Below are positions 58,762 to 64,000 of a stretch of DNA of 64,000 bases, piece after piece (the stretch's first letter is position 1; every line of letters begins with the position of its first letter). Where the stretch lies: NCBI GenBank assembly GCA_048013815.1, contig CM106585.1, positions 2,542,001 through 2,606,000 on the forward strand, read 5' to 3'. The stretch comes from Setoptus koraiensis. Lineage: Eukaryota; Animalia; Arthropoda. Both the position numbers and the translations under genes were made by a program. The notes under the pieces are model-generated. The model made no database searches. It was not told the origin of the DNA and saw only the letters and a program-made list of their open reading frames with translations.

Positions 58762-60696
58762 TCATTCGACCTTATCTACTGGGGTGACATTTTCCATAGT
58801 TTCTTGTTCATCTTCTGTGTATGATGGATTTTTTCGAGAGACTTCTGGGCTGGTTTGAGTAATCTTGAGTGACGTATTACTTGAACTGTGAGGCATCTTA
58901 ACGTCCTCAGGAATCTTTAAGAAGGCAGATAATCTTGTATCCGTGTTTAATTGTAGATATTGGACATCGTCGGCAGTTATAGGTGGTAACTCAGTATCAA
59001 AAGGATCTGGTGGTTCAACGGCGAATGGAGGAGGATAAGAGAAGCGCAATCCTGGAAATAGACTATAGAGAAAATGTGTATCTATTTTTTGGTCAAATTG
59101 TTTTCTCCTTTCTATTTCTTCTTCATATAACTTTTTTGACTGTTTGGCCAAACTATTGGACCACTCCAAAAAATTTTGCGAAAAACGTTTTCTTCTCAAG
59201 ACTTCAACGACTGATTCCAAGTAAAGACTAGGTGCTCTATGAACCTGATCCACTACTTCAAGTTGTCTATTAAGTCTTAGTAGGTTTTCTCTATAAATCA
59301 TTAATTTAGCATCTATGTCACTAAGCTGTTGCTCAACATACATTATCCACTGTAAGCGAGCGTGCAAATTCGCTGAAAGTTCCTCTTTTGCTTTGACACA
59401 ACGACTTCTATAATCAGCCATTTTTTGATGATTGCTCAACATCATTTGAAGCTGCCTTTTATGACTAGCAGAGAGCTCAGGTAAAATAGACATATCTCGA
59501 GTTTTGACAACCCTATCTTTGTTGTTGAAGAAACTTGCAGCCAATTGCTTTTGTTCCGCAACTACCTTCTTAGCATCTACCATGAGTTTTTCCAGACCAA
59601 ATAGTCTTTCTTCAAGTCCTCGAACTTCTTTCATATTATTATTGTTAGCCAGGACTAAACAAGATTGAACTTCGAGTCTAATCTGCTCGGAAGACTGGTT
59701 TGTGAACCTGTCAAGGCCTCGCAGACACAATTCTACCAATTGTTCGAGACTACTTTGACTATCGTGATAATCTATCCATTGGTGTAACGTGAGTGAGGGT
59801 CTTTGAGCTTCTTGCCGCGGTTGTTGTTCTTGTGCCTCATTGGTCGAAGAGGTAGGCTCACCACTATCTTCTACTTTCGATTTATCAAGAGAGACTCCAT
59901 CAGGCACTTCAGCCGATTGAGCTTGACTTTGCTTATGATCATCGACTGTACAATCGCCTTTATGTTGGTCATCCGTCATCTTTGTTGTAGAGGTAGAGCA
60001 AGCCGTTGGTTTTTCGTCACTTTTGAGAGGTACATAATGACAGGGGGGGACTGTTTGTAGTTTGTTGTGCTCAATCAGTGAAGGTAAGATAGGAATCTTA
60101 GATAAAAGTTGTATATCTAATGTGAATCTATCAATTAATTCTTGATGTGACGATTTGTTTTTCATGAACTCACTAAAGGCAGACAATAACAGTTCGGCTT
60201 TATTTTTGAATGCCCTGATCAAATCTTCTAGATTGGCAGTGACTGCGGCCCAGCCTTGTTGTTGCAAATGTTGATCATGGACGAGTCTTTCGCATATCTC
60301 CTTTTGTTTAGCTGCTTGTTCAAATAGGTTTGCAGCAAGCTCCGTTCGTGCCACCAATGTATCGTAACTGGGCTGCATGGCCATACAACTTTCAATCATT
60401 TCAGTCAAATCAGCATCGTTGCCATAGTCCACTTTTGGTGATGGCGCTTGATTAGATTCTAAATGAATTTTGGCAAATAAAAATATTGGACTTGTGTCAG
60501 TGCCAGCTGAGCTGTATGAGCAAACGCGTTGATTGGGATTCAGGTATTCGCCACCACTAATGAGCAGAACCTGTTTATCCTCGGGTATCGAGGTCTTTTT
60601 GGCTATGGCCTTCTTTAAGCCAGCCACGGACTCCATGGCTAGTTGCATCTCAAAGGTCATCATCATTCCTGTATCCACTTGAAACACGTACAACAT
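58762..60696 (-). CDS. RB1CC1: RB1CC1/FIP200 (Atg17/Atg11-like) autophagy scaffold, N-terminal part only, 644 aa
   Basis: MLYVFQVDTG...KQVLLISGGE (ubiquitin-like domain), LVHDQHLQQQGWAAVTANL, EERLFGLEKL, AKEELSANLHARLQWI, YLESVVEVLRRK, FDTELPPIT. Confidence 0.88.
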   Translation of the reverse strand: MLYVFQVDTGMMMTFEMQLAMESVAGLKKAIAKKTSIPEDKQVLLISGGEYLNPNQRVCSYSSAGTDTSPIFLFAKIHLESNQAPSPKVDYGNDADLTEMIESCMAMQPSYDTLVARTELAANLFEQAAKQKEICERLVHDQHLQQQGWAAVTANLEDLIRAFKNKAELLLSAFSEFMKNKSSHQELIDRFTLDIQLLSKIPILPSLIEHNKLQTVPPCHYVPLKSDEKPTACSTSTTKMTDDQHKGDCTVDDHKQSQAQSAEVPDGVSLDKSKVEDSGEPTSSTNEAQEQQPRQEAQRPSLTLHQWIDYHDSQSSLEQLVELCLRGLDRFTNQSSEQIRLEVQSCLVLANNNNMKEVRGLEERLFGLEKLMVDAKKVVAEQKQLAASFFNNKDRVVKTRDMSILPELSASHKRQLQMMLSNHQKMADYRSRCVKAKEELSANLHARLQWIMYVEQQLSDIDAKLMIYRENLLRLNRQLEVVDQVHRAPSLYLESVVEVLRRKRFSQNFLEWSNSLAKQSKKLYEEEIERRKQFDQKIDTHFLYSLFPGLRFSYPPPFAVEPPDPFDTELPPITADDVQYLQLNTDTRLSAFLKIPEDVKMPHSSSNTSLKITQTSPEVSRKNPSYTEDEQETMENVTPVDKVE

Positions 60697-60955
60697 CTTG
60701 GAAAGAATCTATAAGATTTAGAGGCTCTCAGTTATTAAGATATTCTCCTTTCATCGATATTCAATAGAGTAAAATGAGGCTTGGCAAATACGCTCTGGTT
60801 GTTTCCATTTAGCGCTTATGATAGTGTTAACTAGATATGTATCCAATTATATATGTATATTTATATTTGTTGCAATAATAATATTGATGAAATAATTATG
60901 ATAGTAGAGTAGTAGTAATAATAAATTGAGCGTTATACAGTTGTAATGCTGTTGT

Positions 60956-60959
<4 letters not shown>

Positions 60960-60995
<36 letters not shown>
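60960..60995. repeat. (CT)n microsatellite
   Basis: Run of ctctct upstream of RB1CC1. Confidence 0.9.
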
Positions 60996-61000
<5 letters not shown>

Positions 61001-61836
61001 TCTATCTCTTATTGTTTATTCGTTAGACGAACGTTTCGTTTTGTGCGTGCGTGTCCTCTCGCTTGCAGTCAAAGATCTTGTGCGATGTTTTATTTAAAAC
61101 ACATTCTCACACACAGCACATAGGCACGCTCACACTCAATGTCTGGGTATTAACATTGTTCGGTGTGGGTATTCACAGGAGGCAGCCATTTCCGCTAAAA
61201 GTTGGACAGAAAAGTTCAATAGTCGAGCTCAAAACCGTTACCATTCAGTATGACAAATCAACCATCTGTCTCATTGGACATCGAAACCAGCCTTATCACT
61301 GGAACAATAAAGCCCGATACCCCGAACGTACCTCAACTCAAATTAGGTAATTCCGAGCTGCACAAACGCAAAGTGTAAGCAACAATAAACAACATTTCAG
61401 TGCGAAATTATAAACAACTTTCTCTTTTTCGTTTATTTCTCCATCCCTCTTGTTTGTTCTTTCATTTCTGAGCCATGCAAGTATTTTCTTACTCGCTTGC
61501 CGCAGCCACATTTCTACGACTGCATCACAGCCAGCAATAGCAGAGACCCGTAGCCTGAACAAAAACGACACAACTTGAAAGTGGTTTGTTTAAAAACTCA
61601 CAATCTACAGTAATAACACTATCAGTATTGGTTGCGACACTCTGTATCGGCTAGCCATACCGATAGATATCTCAATTCATACACTCTTTTGGTCTACTAC
61701 AGGTATGACCCAATGACAGGCAGTATAAATATGAATTACAAAAGTCATGAGTACTTCTCAGAGTTGATTCCATATCCGAAAAGTATAGTGAAAATTTATC
61801 GCTCAGAAACTACTAGATACGACAATTCTAAGGCGA

Positions 61837-63165
61837 TTAGTTTTGGCAAAACTTAACTGCTAGTTTGGCCGCTTCATCGAGATCACTTGTAGAGTGTAAT
61901 TTCAATTTGCTTTCACTCAGTACTTTCTTCGCCTCATCAGCTCGCGTGCCCTCCAATCTTACGACAATGGGTATGTTGAGATCTAGTTTTTTAACGGCCT
62001 CGATAATACCCTCTGCTATAATATCACACTTGACGATTCCACCAAATATATTGACAAGAATGGATGAGACTCCTCGATCGTTGGATATAATTCTAAATGC
62101 CTCAGTGACCTGTGAAGCGGTGGCGGCACCTCCAACATCCAAAAAGTTTGCGGGTTTACCCCCATGCAAGCTGATAATGTCCATAGTTGCCATGGCCAAA
62201 CCAGCACCATTAACAAGACATCCAATATTTCCATCAAGGGCAATATAGTTGAGATTGTGTTTATGGGCAGCGTTTTCTCGAGGATCTCTATCAGTGGCGT
62301 TCATGGATTCTAGTTCGCCAAGCCATTTCTGTCTAAACTTTGAATTTTCATCGAAATTAATCTTTGCGTCGAAACTATACACTTCATTGTCATATGTGAT
62401 ACCAAAAGGGTTGATTTCGATTTGGGTAGCATCCAAGCGAACAAACATGTCGTATAATCGTTTGATTTGATTACCGCAACGATCCAATAGAGCTTTATCG
62501 TTTGGTTGTATGTTGAAGGCATTATGAGCTATCAATTGAGCCTGTTCTAGGCTCAAACCATCAGTTATGGGAACTATAAACTTTTTTATTGCTTCTGGGT
62601 TCTTCTCTGCCACCTCTTCGATATTCATTCCACCTGAAACACTTGTGACTATGACGGGTCCCTCATCGCAATGCCTGTCGAGTAATATTGCCAAATAAAA
62701 CTCATCTTTAATATCTAGTGCTTCGGCAATCATGACTTTCTCCACCAGTGCGCCTGAAGGTGTTGTCTGCTTAGTAACCAAGTAGTCATTGAGCATCTTC
62801 TCGGTAAAGTCCACAGCTTGTTCCTTTGATTTGGTCAATTTCACACCTCCTTGTAGCTCACTATTGATGAAATGGCCTCGACCGCGACCCCCGGCTAATA
62901 TTTGCGCCTTGATCACATACTCTTTACTATTGCTGATATCACCCTTGATTCCGGACCATTTTTGTTCCGTTCCACTGTCACCGCTGACATCACCATATAG
63001 CACCGATCGAGCTTGATCGATGTCGGAAACAACTTTGAATCGTTGAACATTTATATCATTCTCATGTAATATTTGCTTTGATTGGTACTCATGGAGGTCA
63101 AGGAAGCGCCTCTGGTTGTACTGTAATAGCCTGAGAATCGGTCGAGTAAAAATAAATTTGGACAT
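61837..63165 (-). CDS. SUCLG2: Succinyl-CoA ligase beta subunit, GDP-forming type, mitochondrial, intronless
   Basis: Targeting-like N-terminus then RRFLDLHEYQSK, KAQILAGGRGRG, AEALDI, DATQIEINPFG, FDAKINFD, NGAGLAMATMD, NFLDVGG, NIFGGIVKCD. First ATG is at 63165 (the track's 63171 start is GTG). Confidence 0.9.
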   Translation of the reverse strand: MSKFIFTRPILRLLQYNQRRFLDLHEYQSKQILHENDINVQRFKVVSDIDQARSVLYGDVSGDSGTEQKWSGIKGDISNSKEYVIKAQILAGGRGRGHFINSELQGGVKLTKSKEQAVDFTEKMLNDYLVTKQTTPSGALVEKVMIAEALDIKDEFYLAILLDRHCDEGPVIVTSVSGGMNIEEVAEKNPEAIKKFIVPITDGLSLEQAQLIAHNAFNIQPNDKALLDRCGNQIKRLYDMFVRLDATQIEINPFGITYDNEVYSFDAKINFDENSKFRQKWLGELESMNATDRDPRENAAHKHNLNYIALDGNIGCLVNGAGLAMATMDIISLHGGKPANFLDVGGAATASQVTEAFRIISNDRGVSSILVNIFGGIVKCDIIAEGIIEAVKKLDLNIPIVVRLEGTRADEAKKVLSESKLKLHSTSDLDEAAKLAVKFCQN

Positions 63166-63239
63166 GATCACACTAACATGAATAAGTGTTGGGGCTATTG
63201 TTTTTGCATAGATGATTTTATTGGTTTTATGGTTCTGTG

Positions 63240-63333
63240 TAGTGATGGGGAGAGATTGATCTTCCGACCCGGGAGACGGGAGAATTCTCCTGGGAGATCT
63301 TTACCCCCGACGGGAGATCTCCCCCCATCAATG
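63240..63333. mobile_element. 94-bp hAT-type MITE with 8-bp target-site duplication
   Basis: Left end TAGTGATGGGGAGAGAT; right end on the minus strand CATTGATGGGGGGAGAT. Flanks GTTCTGTG (63232-63239) and GTTCTGTA (63334-63341). Internal GGGAGA motifs. Confidence 0.7.
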
Positions 63334-63707
63334 GTTCTGTACAAACAATAAAGAACATTCAAAGTACACATGCTGGGTGGAAATCTGCCGATACCTTTGG
63401 CTGTAGTTCAAGAAAAAGGCGTCAGAGGCGCTCGCAGAGACTGACTCAGAGCTGTGAATACCGCTGTACATGTATCCTTCTTTGTCCAACTCCCATTTAT
63501 ACCTAATAGATCACCAAATGACAGTTGTACTCGTGCCAACATAGACAGCATTAGATAAGACACGGTAGTCGATGATTGACTAGTAACTTCATATTATTTC
63601 CCACACGTAAACACCAGATACTTATTACGGTAAATTTCAATTCCATCCTAGGACGGTACTATCAACATATAACATATTTATTTATACAAGCCCTCAATTC
63701 AATTGCC

Positions 63708-64000
63708 ATGGATCCAGGCGAGCAACAAACCAAAAATGAATCAACAACCGCACCTACATCTGACAAAGACAATGAAGGGTTTGACTTCTCAGCTATAATG
63801 AAGACATTAGCCAGACTCGAGAAGAGTACAGAAATATTCAGTACCACTAATGCTAAAAACGGAACAACGGATGAGACAACCAATCACAAACAAATCGACA
63901 ATCCAACCTCCAACAGAAATCACGATGAATCATCTGATGATGTCAATGTTCCTCTTGAAGAATTGCCCATAGAAACAAAAGATAATTTGCCGGCAGTCAT
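63708..64000 (+). CDS. 5' part of an unidentified protein running off the window
   Basis: ATG at 63708 (gccATGg context); frame open for about 97 codons to the edge (MDPGEQQTKNESTTAPTSDKDNEGFDFSAIMKTLARLEK...). Confidence 0.6.
   Translation, partial: MDPGEQQTKNESTTAPTSDKDNEGFDFSAIMKTLARLEKSTEIFSTTNAKNGTTDETTNHKQIDNPTSNRNHDESSDDVNVPLEELPIETKDNLPAV

Overview
This is a gene-dense, AT-rich window from a small eukaryotic (arthropod) genome. Organism inference: probably an acariform mite with a streamlined, intron-poor genome such as an eriophyoid; a BLAST of beta-tubulin or PP1 would settle it. I reconstruct 22 complete protein-coding genes: CCS, CIP4/FBP17-like, CAD, a cuticle protein, ADI1, a DHRSX-like SDR, TAF1B, vasa, PP1, BicD, archease, CAPZB, beta-tubulin, an Ihog-like receptor, CDK4/6, CAMKMT, CK1 delta/epsilon, gemini/TFCP2, RB1CC1/FIP200, SUCLG2 and two orphans. 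There is also one ORF running off the right edge, a U6 snRNA gene, several tiny MITE-like elements and a decayed Tc1/IS630-type transposase fragment. Fourteen of the 22 genes are intronless, including the 7-kb CAD, and the 15 coding introns I could place are all 85-120 nt. Most notable observations: (1) a Vasa whose N-terminus is a tandem array of GW/WG repeats (Argonaute-hook-like) and whose DEAD and motif V boxes are altered (DEGD, NRGLD); (2) a PP1 catalytic subunit that looks alpha-like in its N-half and beta-like in its C-half; (3) an Ihog-like receptor with only the two FN3 domains; (4) a FIP200 ending at 644 aa with no Claw domain. All family assignments and residue comparisons are from remembered sequences, not database searches.
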